From contig JAUPSS010000015.1 in assembly GCA_040285825.1 (NCBI GenBank), forward strand, positions 31,392 through 95,391: a stretch of DNA of 64,000 bases. The letters run 5' to 3'. The position numbers and the translations under genes are program-made. The notes beneath the pieces are model-generated. The model was not told the DNA's origin and searched no databases. It worked only from the letters and a program-made list of their open reading frames with translations. This document shows positions 28,304 through 38,800 of this stretch, piece after piece (the stretch's first letter is position 1; every line of letters starts with the position of its first letter). This stretch comes from Eukaryota sp. TZLM1-RC. Taxonomy: Eukaryota; Protista; Metamonada: BaSk clade.

Positions 28304-28990
28304 ATGACTGTTCCTTCTGTCAACCTCCCGTCTCTTTCTTCCATGAAAGTTGAAAGTGTTCTCTTGTTCCTACAAGAGTGGAAGATCTATTCTTCTGTGA
28401 CTTCTAAGAAAGAGCTTGTTCCAGCAAGACTCTTGGTCGATTCTTTTCTGTTAGAGTTCCTATCTCTCCAGAAATCCGACGTCTCTTCCAGTGACGATGT
28501 TCTTCTTAGACATCTTCAATCTGTCGTATCGTTCGCCACGTACGAAGATTTTAGTCTGGCTATGTCAGAACTGAAGCTTGATGTCCGTATTGGTGACGTC
28601 CGAGAACGTATGTCCTGTTACCTGCGACGTTTCCTCCAGGTAAAGAGTAGGGCTTCCGGACTGAAGTTACCAGACACAGCTTTTCTGAATCGATTTGCCA
28701 GAGGAATTCTTCCCGTAGGTCTTCAACGTTCTCTACTAGCGAGCATTCGAAATGATGTATTCCCAGATCTTCACTCTCTTGTCGAAACCACTACTGATGA
28801 GCTGTTGGACTGCTCTAGGGTTGCTTCATGGACTCGTGGTTTCAAAACCTCAGTGAATGATGTGGAACGTACGGCTGGCACTAAAACGAGGTCCTCTTGG
28901 CGCTCTCAGGATTTAAAAAATCAATCGTGCTTCAAGTGCCACAAGCCTGGACACATCTCCCGCGATTGTCCATCTAAAAATCAAACATGA
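28304..28990 (+). CDS. gag: Gag-like protein (A-run frameshift after the knuckle)
   Basis: CCHC knuckle; the ATG directly follows the intron-acceptor AG. Confidence 0.8.
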   Translation: MTVPSVNLPSLSSMKVESVLLFLQEWKIYSSVTSKKELVPARLLVDSFLLEFLSLQKSDVSSSDDVLLRHLQSVVSFATYEDFSLAMSELKLDVRIGDVRERMSCYLRRFLQVKSRASGLKLPDTAFLNRFARGILPVGLQRSLLASIRNDVFPDLHSLVETTTDELLDCSRVASWTRGFKTSVNDVERTAGTKTRSSWRSQDLKNQSCFKCHKPGHISRDCPSKNQT

Positions 28991-29215
28991 GGTAAATTAT
29001 TTGTGTCACACAAACGATGCACCAAAGAGTTTAACAAACCCCATATCTTCCCTCTATTGAGCCAGTACTGTATTTGTCCTCAGAAAAGTGGGAAAAAGTA
29101 GTGTTGTTGTTGAACTCAAATTGAATTAGTAGGTTTCTTTGTATTTCGACTGATGACGTGATACTCATTTATGAATCAGTTTTATTAATAAACAACAGAT
29201 TTCTCTCTCTCCTTC

Positions 29216-29971
29216 ATGACTGTTCCTTCTGTCAACCTCCCGTCTCTTTCTTCCATGAAAGTTGAAAGTGTTCTCTTGTTCCTACAAGAGTGGAAGATCT
29301 ATTCTTCTGTGACTTCTAAAAAAGAGCTTGTTCCAGCAAGACTCTTGGTCGATTCTTTTCTGTTAGAGTCCCTATCTCTCCAGAAATCCGACGTCTCTTC
29401 CAGTGACGATGTTCTTCTTAGACATCTTCAATCTGTCGTATCGTTCGCCACGTACGAAGATTTTAGTCTGGCTATGTCAGAACTGAAGCTTGATGTCCGT
29501 ATTGGTGACGTCCGAGAACGTATGTCCTGTTACCTGCGACGTTTCCTCCAGGTAAAGAGTAGGGCTTCCGGACTGAAGTTACCAGACACAGCTTTTCTGA
29601 ATCGATTTGCCAGAGGAATTCTTCCCGTAGGTCTTCAACGTTCTCTACTAGCGAGCATTCGAGATGATGTATTCCCAGATCTTCACTCTCTTGTCGAAAC
29701 CACTACTGATGAGCTGTTGGACTGCTCTAGGGTTGCTTCATGGACTCGTGTTTTCAAAACCTCAGTGAATGATGTGGAACGTACGGCTGGCACTAAAACG
29801 AGGTTTTCTTGGCGCTCTCAGGATTTAAAAAATCAATCGTGCTTCAAGTGCCACAAGCCTGGACACATCTCCCGCGATTGTCCATCTAAAATCAAACATG
29901 AGGTAAATTATTTGTGTCACACAAACGATGCACCAAAGAGTTTAACAAACCCCATATCTTCCCTCTATTGA
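29216..29971 (+). CDS. gag: Gag-like protein, 251 aa, intact (spliced unit)
   Basis: CX2CX4HX4C knuckle; no protease, RT or integrase follows. Confidence 0.85.
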   Translation: MTVPSVNLPSLSSMKVESVLLFLQEWKIYSSVTSKKELVPARLLVDSFLLESLSLQKSDVSSSDDVLLRHLQSVVSFATYEDFSLAMSELKLDVRIGDVRERMSCYLRRFLQVKSRASGLKLPDTAFLNRFARGILPVGLQRSLLASIRDDVFPDLHSLVETTTDELLDCSRVASWTRVFKTSVNDVERTAGTKTRFSWRSQDLKNQSCFKCHKPGHISRDCPSKIKHEVNYLCHTNDAPKSLTNPISSLY

Positions 29972-30152
29972 GCCAGTACTGTATTTGTCCTCAGAAAAGT
30001 GGGAAAAAGTAGTGTTGTTGTTGAACTCAAATTGAATTAGTAGGTTTCTTTGTATTTCGACTGATGACGTGATACTCATTTATGAATCAGTTTTATTAAT
30101 AAACAACAGATTTCTCTCTCTCCTTCGTGTGTTCATCTGCCTAACGGCATCA

Positions 30153-30585
30153 CCAGTTTTTGACAATAGTAGAGAAATCATCTAGAAATAATAAAGCGGT
30201 TTTACCCAAGGTTCCAAATAAAGAAAAAGCAAAAGGACAAAGAAGGTATTGAGTATGTGAGTTGGAATTCAGATTATTGATTTTTTCTGTGTACTTGATA
30301 ATTTTCGCTTCTTCAGCTCTACGTAAAGGTGAATTATAAGATTGTGCCAGTTTTTCATTTGAGCTGTTTGATACATCAGTAGATCTGATATCAATATGAT
30401 CATTGATCCATCAAGTCGGGGAACTAGCACATCACCACGGCTGTCACCAGAAGAATTTTTGTCAGATTCATCAGCCAGATTTGAAAGCAAAGGTTCTAAA
30501 AAAGATTCAATCCGGTAGGACTTAAACATACAATAGAGCTGATCACGAACTGCATCATGCACTTTTGATCTAAAAGTAATAAATT
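30153..30585 (-). mobile_element. Family F fragment (divergent A-like endonuclease region)
   Basis: HDAVRDQLYCMFKSYRIESFLEP..SRGDVLVP; nucleotide sequence distinct from A. Confidence 0.75.
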
Positions 30586-32748
30586 TTGTTTATTAATTTT
30601 CATTTTATTCAAAACCTACAAATCAACATCTAAAAAATCCATCTCTCCCAAAACAAAAACACTAGATGCAACTCTCTCATAGTGAGATCCAAGAGAAAGC
30701 AAAGGATCTGAAACCATCTTCAACATCCCCTTAAAAATAGAAAACACAATTCTATTTTGCCAAAACAATCTGTTGAAATTTCTGCTAGTTCTTCTCTGTA
30801 CAATCATTTCACAATCATCCAAAAAACGTAAAGCAGTTGGTGCAAGTGAACCAAAATGGGAAAATACAAATGGATACAAATTGTATTTTGCATGCTGTAG
30901 ACTGGCCAATTTGGACAAAGGTTCATTGTATTTTTTGAATTTGAAATTTTCAGCATTTGAAAGAGGATTATGAATTTCAGAATTAACAAGCCTTTCATTT
31001 GAGGCATTACAAGGATCAACAGACATTACATCCAATAAAATGAAGCTTCCATCTAATCCAGGTAATATGACATCACCTCTATTATTCTTATGAAAATCAT
31101 CTTCAGCATTAAACAGATTTGACAACAGAGGTTCCAAGAAGGATTCAATTCTATGAGATTTACACATACAATATAACTGGTCTCTTACAGCATCATGAAC
31201 CTTGCTTCTAAAAGTAATAAAATGTTTACAATTTAACAAATGAGTAGTTGTCATTTCTCGAGAACATTTACAAATTAAATTATGAGGTAAATTATCAGGC
31301 CAGATAAAGGAACGAAATCTCATATTCAGAGTCCAAGCAGAATCGGATAAGAGAGTACCATAAACTTGCGGAATTGTTGTTACTAAGGCAGAAGAAGTAC
31401 TGTCACACATATCTTGTAAAAGATTTGCAAAAGCGGGATTCTTTTTCTTGGCCAAGCCAAGTCTAACATCAAAATCCAAGCTTTCAAAAATCTTTGACAA
31501 TTTTTGTTGAAGCTTTTTACAGCAAAACTGTAAATTAAATAGAGATCGATTTGGAATTTCTTGAATTGATTTTTTTTAATTTAATTTTAATTTATTTTCA
31601 AAACCACAGTCTAAAAGTCAATATCTTCAACACAAGCTTCCACACCATCAAACCTTACAGCAGCAATGTTTTCATAATGTGCACTGACAGACATTAAAGC
31701 TTTCGAAATCATTTTAGGAATTGATTTGAAAATAGTAAAAACAATACGATTTAGCCACAAGCGACGATCAAAACGCTTATTCATTCTTTTTTTCACAAGA
31801 TTTTCAAAATCATCAATAAAATTCAAAGCAGTTTTTCCAAGACGACCATACAACGATATAGCAAATGGGCAAATTTGGTAATCTACATGGCGAACATGTT
31901 TCAATTCTTTCAAAGGATTTGCATACTTTTTCCGTTTGTGCAATTCGGAGTCATCAAGGGGGGATACTTCGGATTGAGCATTTTTCAAGGCATTTTTCTT
32001 GCAAACATCCACTGTTACGACATCAACAACATTCATGACATCATCAAACGAGGGCACAACAACATCAGCACGTCGTTTTCCATATTCTGAATCTCTTACG
32101 CTTTCATTTATATCAAGAGACCTCAACAAAGGTTCTACAAAAGATTCAATATGATAGGAATTACACATTGCATGGATTTGATCTCTGACTGCATCATGCA
32201 ACGTAGAACGATAGGAAATATATCTATTACAATTAAATAAATGTGATAATGTCAAACCAGCTCCACATTTACAAAACAAATCATTGGGCAAATTACAAGG
32301 CCATAAATAACAACGCATTCTCATAGCAGTGGTCCATTGGTCGTCATTCAAAAATAGACCATAAATCTGGGGAATTTGATTTATCAAAACTGCAGATGAA
32401 CTGTCCTTCAAATCAATCAAAAAATTGGCAAAAGCAGGATTTTCTTTCTTAGCCGTGCTAAGTCGAACAATAAAATCCTTGTTTTCAAAATTTTTCAAAA
32501 GATGTCGTTGGAGCTTTTTCAACGCAAATTTTAATGAATATAAACTTCTGTCTGGAATTTCTTGAATGGATATGGGGAAACATGATTGCCATAAGTCGGG
32601 AGATAAACTGGATATTTCTTCTCTTAAGTTATCCAGGAATATGCTATTTGTATTTACTTGAATTGATTGAGGAAAACATTTGGTCCAAATTTGTGGCGGC
32701 AATTTTTCAAGTTCACAAGATAACTCATACAAATAGGGACTACAATTG
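30586..32748 (-). mobile_element. Family A 5'-truncated copy with a nested B2 copy (31572-32656); 5' end abuts the virus-like island
   Basis: ORF 30616-31500; B2 TSD CTTGAATTGATT (31560-31571 / 32657-32668). Confidence 0.85.
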
Positions 32749-33136
32749 TAATGTTGCGAGTTTTACAAAAATCTATATATTCCTTTCGCTCAACACTTAA
32801 ATCACCAATTACATATCCATTACATAGATCCAATATCTTACAACACAGAATTATTTTTACTGGTTTAATTTTTGCCAATTCAAAATATTTTATTGGACAA
32901 CCCAATACTTTTTCCCAAGCAGAACCACTTGAAGTCCAATTCATTGATTTGATTTCTAAGAAATAATTTGGAGTTTCAATATCAGGACATGGATAATTTT
33001 GATATTTCTTTTTAAATTCATTAATAGATGTTCTTTCAAAACTTAAATATTTTGCAATTACATGTTCACAATAATTTCCATTTTTGTAACTATTGCATTA
33101 TAAATCATAATCGACATTTTCATAAAGCCAATTCAT
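32749..33136 (-). pseudogene. PD-(D/E)xK restriction-endonuclease-like protein, giant-virus type; in-frame TAA at 33098-33100; 3' end cut by element A
   Basis: Manual translation from ATG 33136: ..GNYCEHVI..PCPDIETPNYFLEIKSMNWTSSGSAWEKVLGCPIKY. Confidence 0.6.
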
Positions 33137-33151
33137 TTTAAAATTAAATAA

Positions 33152-33475
33152 TCATTTTTTTAATTTTAAACCAATTACGTTTTCCAAAACCATTCTTATA
33201 AATTCAAATTCATCACTATCAAAATCAAAGAATTTCCAATAATGATAAATTCGTTCAATTTGTTCTTGTGGACTTCCTTTAATTCTAATATATTTAAAAG
33301 TTGATATTTCTTCTGGATCATAATCACTTAATATATTTTTAATAATTTCATCATTTGGTTTTGCAACTATAACTTCGGATTCAGCAATCATAGATAAATC
33401 AACATCTTCTTCATATGCAAAAGTTCCAAGAATTTCTGCGAGAATCATATTTAAAAAGTTTTCTTCAAAACTCAT
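33152..33475 (-). CDS. Hypothetical protein, 107 aa (virus-like island)
   Basis: Clean ATG-to-stop ORF preceded by AAAAATG, with 15-25 bp intergenic gaps. Confidence 0.6.
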   Translation of the reverse strand: MSFEENFLNMILAEILGTFAYEEDVDLSMIAESEVIVAKPNDEIIKNILSDYDPEEISTFKYIRIKGSPQEQIERIYHYWKFFDFDSDEFEFIRMVLENVIGLKLKK

Positions 33476-33498
33476 TTTTGGTATATTTTTTAGTATAT

Positions 33499-34434
33499 TT
33501 ACAAATTTAATTGTTCAACTATATTTTTTATAATATGTGTTTTATTGGTTCTTTTTATTGTTTTTATATATAAAATCATATCATCAAATTCATTGTTGTT
33601 AAACATTTTCATTCGTTTTAATAAAAATTTACAATATACTTGATTTAATTCATTTTTTCTAAACACTTTCCAAAAACTATCTACATACCATCTGGATGTA
33701 AAATATTCCTATTAAATGTCATTCCAGCCACACCTTCCATTCCAATTTTTTCAGATGAAAATAAGGCAAAATCAGATCTATTTGTCTTTACTGATAAATC
33801 TTTATAATCCAAAACACCAAGTGCTTGAGCAACATCCATTACTTTGTAAACATTTTTTCCAAATTGTTTGAAAAATTCTTTTACATCAACAATTTCTCCA
33901 TCTCTAGATGAAATTAATGGAACAATAACCATTCTAATTCTGTGAAATATTTCTGAATCAATTTCATCTGTATAAACAAATTCAATATTTTTTGCAGCAA
34001 GAATTTTTTCAATTGATGGATGATTGCCAGGATGTAAAGCAACAACCATATTTGGAAATTTTTCTTTAAATGTACCCAATAATCCATTCATTAAACATGT
34101 CACACTGTTACCAAACACTGTTATAAATTCACTTTCTGGTGTTTCCTCATTATTTGCTTTATCAAACATTTGTTTATATTCTTTATCTGAAATGTTACTA
34201 CTATCTAAACCAGATGAATAATATTTTCGAGTTAATTTAAAATATGGATTTCTAAAACCCTGCACACCTTCTCCAATTAATTTCGAAATTGAAAGTCTAC
34301 ATTTTTCTAAAAAAATCTTTTGATGTTCTTCCTCTTATATGTAATTCATTTGATGGATTTCCAAAAATACAATTACGAAATAAATATTTTGCAGTATTGA
34401 TTGAACAATAACCCTCACATGCAGTGAAATTCAT
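33499..34434 (-). pseudogene. NifS/IscS-like class V PLP aminotransferase, divergent, two frameshifts
   Basis: FGNPSNELHIRG..LEKCRLSISKLIG (upstream frame), then NHPS, MDVAQALG and DFALFSSEK (PLP lysine motif). Confidence 0.7.
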
Positions 34435-34487
34435 TTTTTCTTTTAAATATGTTCTTTTTATTAAATGATTTTAATCTTTATTTCAAA

Positions 34488-34676
34488 ATGGCATTATCAC
34501 TATCAGCACTTACATCTGGTGATTTATCAAAATTTGTGAAAAAAGATGAAGTTGAAGAATTGGATGATGAAGATGAACAATCATTTGATACATCAAATTT
34601 TATAGATTTAATTGGAGACAAAAAAGATGAATTTGAAAATGAAGATGATGAACAATCAGATAATGAATCAGTATAA
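34488..34676 (+). CDS. Small acidic hypothetical protein (62 aa)
   Basis: CAAAATGG start context, D/E-rich; divergent from the NifS-like gene across ~50 bp. Confidence 0.45.
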   Translation: MALSLSALTSGDLSKFVKKDEVEELDDEDEQSFDTSNFIDLIGDKKDEFENEDDEQSDNESV

Positions 34677-35399
34677 TAAATTATTTTAAGTTTTGTTTTC
34701 GACACATCTAAAATTTGGGTGATTAATGATAATAAATATGGCTCGTGTTTTATCATATTTTCCTCATCTTCAAATTTACGTTTTAAAAATTCGATACAAT
34801 TGTATTTTTCATTAAAATCAATTATATTTTTTGTACTAAATGATTCTTTATCTTTTATTTTTAGTAGTAATTTTTCTAGAATAAGATCTCGTAACATTTT
34901 CAAAAAATAAAATCATTTTTCAGAATTTAATAAAAATATCGAAATCTACATTTTCAAAAGCTTTAATACATTTTTGATAGAGTTCAATTCCATTTTCACT
35001 TACTTTTCCATTTAAAAAAGTTTCCTTAATGTACTCTAGTGGTAATTTTTTTTGATTAATAAAACTAATATTTTTATTAATTTCAGAATCAAACAAAATG
35101 TTCAATGCATCTAAAGTATTTGTGTAAACGTGTACACACAAATATTGTCATAATTAATAAATCCACGAACAAATTCATCTCCAACATTAAACTCAATTTC
35201 ATCATCTTCAACATTTAAACTATATTTTGCAATTCTATGTTCATCATTAAACAAAGCATCATCACTAGCATTAAATGATGCTTCAACGATCGAAGACGAT
35301 CGTTCGATCCAATACCCCCCAAATTTGCTGAAGAAAATAAGTGACTTTTCAACATTCCTGGTTCTACATCCAATAAATCAACAAAAAATTCTGTTCTCA

Positions 35400-36508
35400 T
35401 GATGCCGTTAGGCAGATGAACACACGAAGGAGAGAGAGAAAAAATCTGTAGTTTATTAATAAAACTGATTCATAAATGAGTATCACGTCATCAGTCGAAA
35501 TACAAAGAAACCTACTAATTCAATTTGAGTTCAACAACAACACTACTTTTTCCCACTTTTCTGAGGACAAATACAGTACTGGCTCAATAGAGGGAAGATA
35601 TGGGGTTTGTTAAACTCTTTGGTGCATCGTTTGTGTGACACAGATAATTTACCTCATGTTTGATTTTAGATGGACAATCGCGGGAGATGTGTCCAGGCTT
35701 GTGGCACTTGAAGCACGATTGATTTTTTAAATCCTGAGAGCGCCAAGAGGACCTCGTTTTAGTGCCAGCCGTACGTTCCACATCATTCACTGAGGTTTTG
35801 AAACCACGAGTCCATGAAGCAACCCTAGAGCAGTCCAACAGCTCATCAGTAGTGGTTTCGACAAGAGAGTGAAGATCTGGGAATACATCATCTCGAATTC
35901 TCGCTAGTAGAGAACGTTGGAGACCTACGGGAAGAATTCCTCTGGCAAATCGATTCAGAAAAGCTGTGTCTGGTAACTTCAGTCCGGAAGCCCTACTCTT
36001 TACCTGGAGGAAACGTCGCAGGTAACAGGACATACGTTCTCGGACGTCACCAATACGGACATCAAGCTTCAGTTCTGACATAGCCAGACTAAAATCTTCG
36101 TACGTGGCGAACGATACGACAGATTGAAGATGTCTAAGAAGAACATCGTCACTGGAAGAGACGTCGGATTTCTGGAGAGATAGGGACTCTAACAGAAAAG
36201 AATCGACCAAGAGTCTTGCTGGAACAAGCTCTTTCTTAGAAGTCACAGAAGAATAGATCTTCCACTGTTGTAGGAACAAGAGAACACTTTCAACTTTCAT
36301 GGAAGAAAGAGACGGGAGGTTGACAGAAGGAACAGTCATCTGAAATAAGAAGGGCCAATAATTATTGATGCCGTTAGGCAGATGAACACACGAAGGAGAG
36401 AGAGAAAAAATCTGTAGTTTATTAATAAAACTGATTCATAAATGAGTATCACGTCATCAGTCGAAATACAAAGAAACCTACTAATTCAATTTGAGTTCAA
36501 CAACAACA
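35400..36508 (-). mobile_element. Complete 1109-bp Gag-only LTR element inserted in family A
   Basis: 143-bp LTRs at 35400-35542 and 36366-36508; TG..CA ends; PPT; 4-bp TSD TGAG (CTCA at 35396-35399 and 36509-36512). Confidence 0.92.
35584..36339 (-). CDS. gag: Gag-like protein, 251 aa, intact
   Basis: CCHC knuckle; the only substantial ORF between the LTRs. Confidence 0.88.
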   Translation of the reverse strand: MTVPSVNLPSLSSMKVESVLLFLQQWKIYSSVTSKKELVPARLLVDSFLLESLSLQKSDVSSSDDVLLRHLQSVVSFATYEDFSLAMSELKLDVRIGDVRERMSCYLRRFLQVKSRASGLKLPDTAFLNRFARGILPVGLQRSLLARIRDDVFPDLHSLVETTTDELLDCSRVASWTRGFKTSVNDVERTAGTKTRSSWRSQDLKNQSCFKCHKPGHISRDCPSKIKHEVNYLCHTNDAPKSLTNPISSLY

Positions 36509-37130
36509 CTCAATGAATTAAATGAACGACAAAAATCTAATGCTGTGGAAGGAGCACAAGATCTCAAAATGTGGGTTATTCTCCCAGTGTAGCAAATTTT
36601 AAGCATGAAAAATTTAATATGCTTTTCTATATCTAAGGAAGAAATTGAATCAAGTTCAATTTTCATTTTTTCCAAAATACCTTGCAATTCATTCTGAATT
36701 TGAGGCACGTTTCCTAACCAACAACCAAGGAACTTAAAAGCATCACTACTATAATTAGTAAAAGGGACAATAGAATCGTTTATCACGAGGTCTTGAGCAG
36801 AAGAGCCAATCAGAAGGCATTTGCTGGCATTTTGGAATTTCTTTTGATCTCTTAAAAATAGCGTGTTCCAGTGTTCCCGAAATTGCTGATGATCTAGCCC
36901 ATTATTTTCAACAATTAATTGTTTTGAAAATTAATCCTCCATTTGAATTACTTGCAGCACGTCTGATTGCTTTAGTAAAGCCTGGAAACGGAATCAAACC
37001 TGATGGAATACGCCCAATTGCTGTTGGTGAATCTCTTTCTCGTTTGCTGGCATCAATTGTCTTCGATCGTGATTCGATCGTTGATTCAAATAAAATATCA
37101 CTTTCTTGTTCATAGATTATATATTCATTA

Positions 37131-37545
37131 TTATTTATATAAAATGTTTGTTTCATTTTTGTTAAAAAAATCATTTTTTATTTCACACAACATTATGTTA
37201 ATTATTTTTATTTTCTACATTGTGGACATCCATTATCCCACATATCAATACAACTCATACAATATGTGTGATTACAATTCAAATCAACTGGATTGATAAA
37301 ATCATCATAACAAATTGGACAATTATGATTGTACTTAATTGTTGGTGGTAAATAATCATTTTTACAAACAATTACATTCTCATCACATATTAATTCACAA
37401 TTTTTGTTAATAAAGAAACTTTATTAATTTCTCGTTTAATAAATCCATAATAAACAATAACATCTTCAGTTTCAAATTTTTCCATTTTTTCATTGAAAAA
37501 TTTTTTATAGTTTTTATACAATGGTATATATAATTGATTATTCAT
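37131..37545 (-). CDS. C3HC4 RING-finger protein (missed by the ORF track; frameshift in an A-run near 37400)
   Basis: Manual translation of 37321-37217: CPICYDDFINPVDLNCNHTYCMSCIDMWDNGCPQC. Confidence 0.75.
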
Positions 37546-37582
37546 ATTTTCAAAATATAATTGGAATTGATTCGAGTGATAA

Positions 37583-38762
37583 AATAAAAATTGTTCAATA
37601 CAAAAAGAAGCCACACACACACTTCCAATTGAGTGGATTGAAAATGGTATTTCTGTTAATGAAATTTTAATAAAAGAAAAAATAAAAGTATCATCTGGTA
37701 CCACATTAACATATGGTTCAGTTGATTTAATTAGTTTTAATTCTTCTGGTGTGTTTATTAAATCAGTTTCAACAGACAATATGAATGTGAGTGGTGATGT
37801 TGTTGTAGGTGGAAATGTTTATGTTCAAGGTGAAAATGTCAAAGTCACAACAACTGATTTAAAAGTTGAGAATGAAAATATTTATCTTCGAAAAGGCGCT
37901 GAACATTCATTATTGGATGGAGTATTCACAGGATTAATTGCAACTAAATATGATGGAGAAAATGATGGTAGACTTGGTTTTGACAAAAATGGAATTGCTT
38001 ATGTTGGAGATATTGGGGATGAACAACCACTTGCAACTAGAGAATTAGAACCAGTTGATGGAACAATTCAAATATGGAATGGTGGGGAACAAAGATTAAC
38101 TAGTGGAGTTTTAGCATCTGATTTGGCAAGAATAAATGAAGCAAATTCTTTTACTGAACCACAAACATTTGATAATATTTATTTAAATTCCATTGAGTTT
38201 GAATATGGTGGTAAACAACTTCCTGCGATCTTTTCTTCAGCCCCTCAAACTATTGACTTGAGAACAATTCACGATAGATTTAGTGAGGGAACAATTGTTC
38301 TTGGAAGAAATGATACTGATGCTCGTTCACATTCTATTGCCTACAAATGTAATTCGGGATTTGACACTTCCTACATTAAATTTAACATTCACAATCCTGG
38401 GGAAGGAGATGATGTGAAAAAAAAATGTAATGACTTTGCAATCAAATGAAGTTCAAATTTTCAATTCAAACTTTACTGAAAATAGTGGAAACTTGGGCGA
38501 TGCTTTATCTTGGGAAAATGGAAGAATTAAAAGTGATATTAGATTTGTAACAGATAATGCTTTACGTTTTACTACTAGTGCTAGTAATTATTACATTCGT
38601 TACTTTAACAATAATACATTTGATGGAACTCATCCAAGAGGAAGTGCATCAGTAGGAGAAAGTGTTTTGATTGGAACTGCTTCAAATACCGATGATACAG
38701 AAAGACAATTGTCTGCAGTATTTCATAAAGATTACACAATAAACAAAACAAAAAACTCTTAA
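37583..38762 (+). pseudogene. Viral fibre / tail-fibre-like structural protein fragment (A-run frameshift near 38420)
   Basis: GDVVVGGNVYVQG..TTTDLKVEN..IYL and DGRLGFD..GIAYVGDIGDEQPLATRE resemble virion fibre proteins; the frame is open upstream to 37583. Confidence 0.5.
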
Positions 38763-38800
38763 ATGTAATTAAATTAAATAGATTATTAAATAGATTATTA

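Larger units (their letters stand above)
27175..30152 (+). mobile_element. Tandem array of a Gag-only LTR mini-retrotransposon: LTR-gag-LTR-gag-LTR(spliced)-gag-LTR
   Basis: TG...CA LTRs at 27175-27315, 28138-28277, 29102-29215 (3' end missing) and 30013-30152; polypurine tract AGAAAAGTGGGAAAAAGTAG before each downstream LTR. Confidence 0.9.
34920..37156 (-). pseudogene. Virus-like hypothetical gene split by a 1.8-kb insertion (35293-37074)
   Basis: Removing the insert and one CGATCG restores the frame MKQTFYINN..FESTI|VEASFNASDD..; one further frameshift near 35140. Confidence 0.65.

Noticed and set aside
31611-32732. Functional A/B chimeric protein
   Set aside because: The in-frame fusion is a by-product of a B2 insertion into A with a 12-bp TSD; it is single-copy and lacks RT.
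33098-33100. Alternative genetic code (TAA read as Gln)
   Set aside because: It is a single in-frame TAA, and neighbouring and TE ORFs end at TAA/TAG at the expected positions. A nonsense mutation is more likely.
34478-34676. Serine-rich C-terminus of ORF 34478-34903
   Set aside because: It is the antisense shadow of the acidic plus-strand ORF; only the N-terminal part is plausibly coding.
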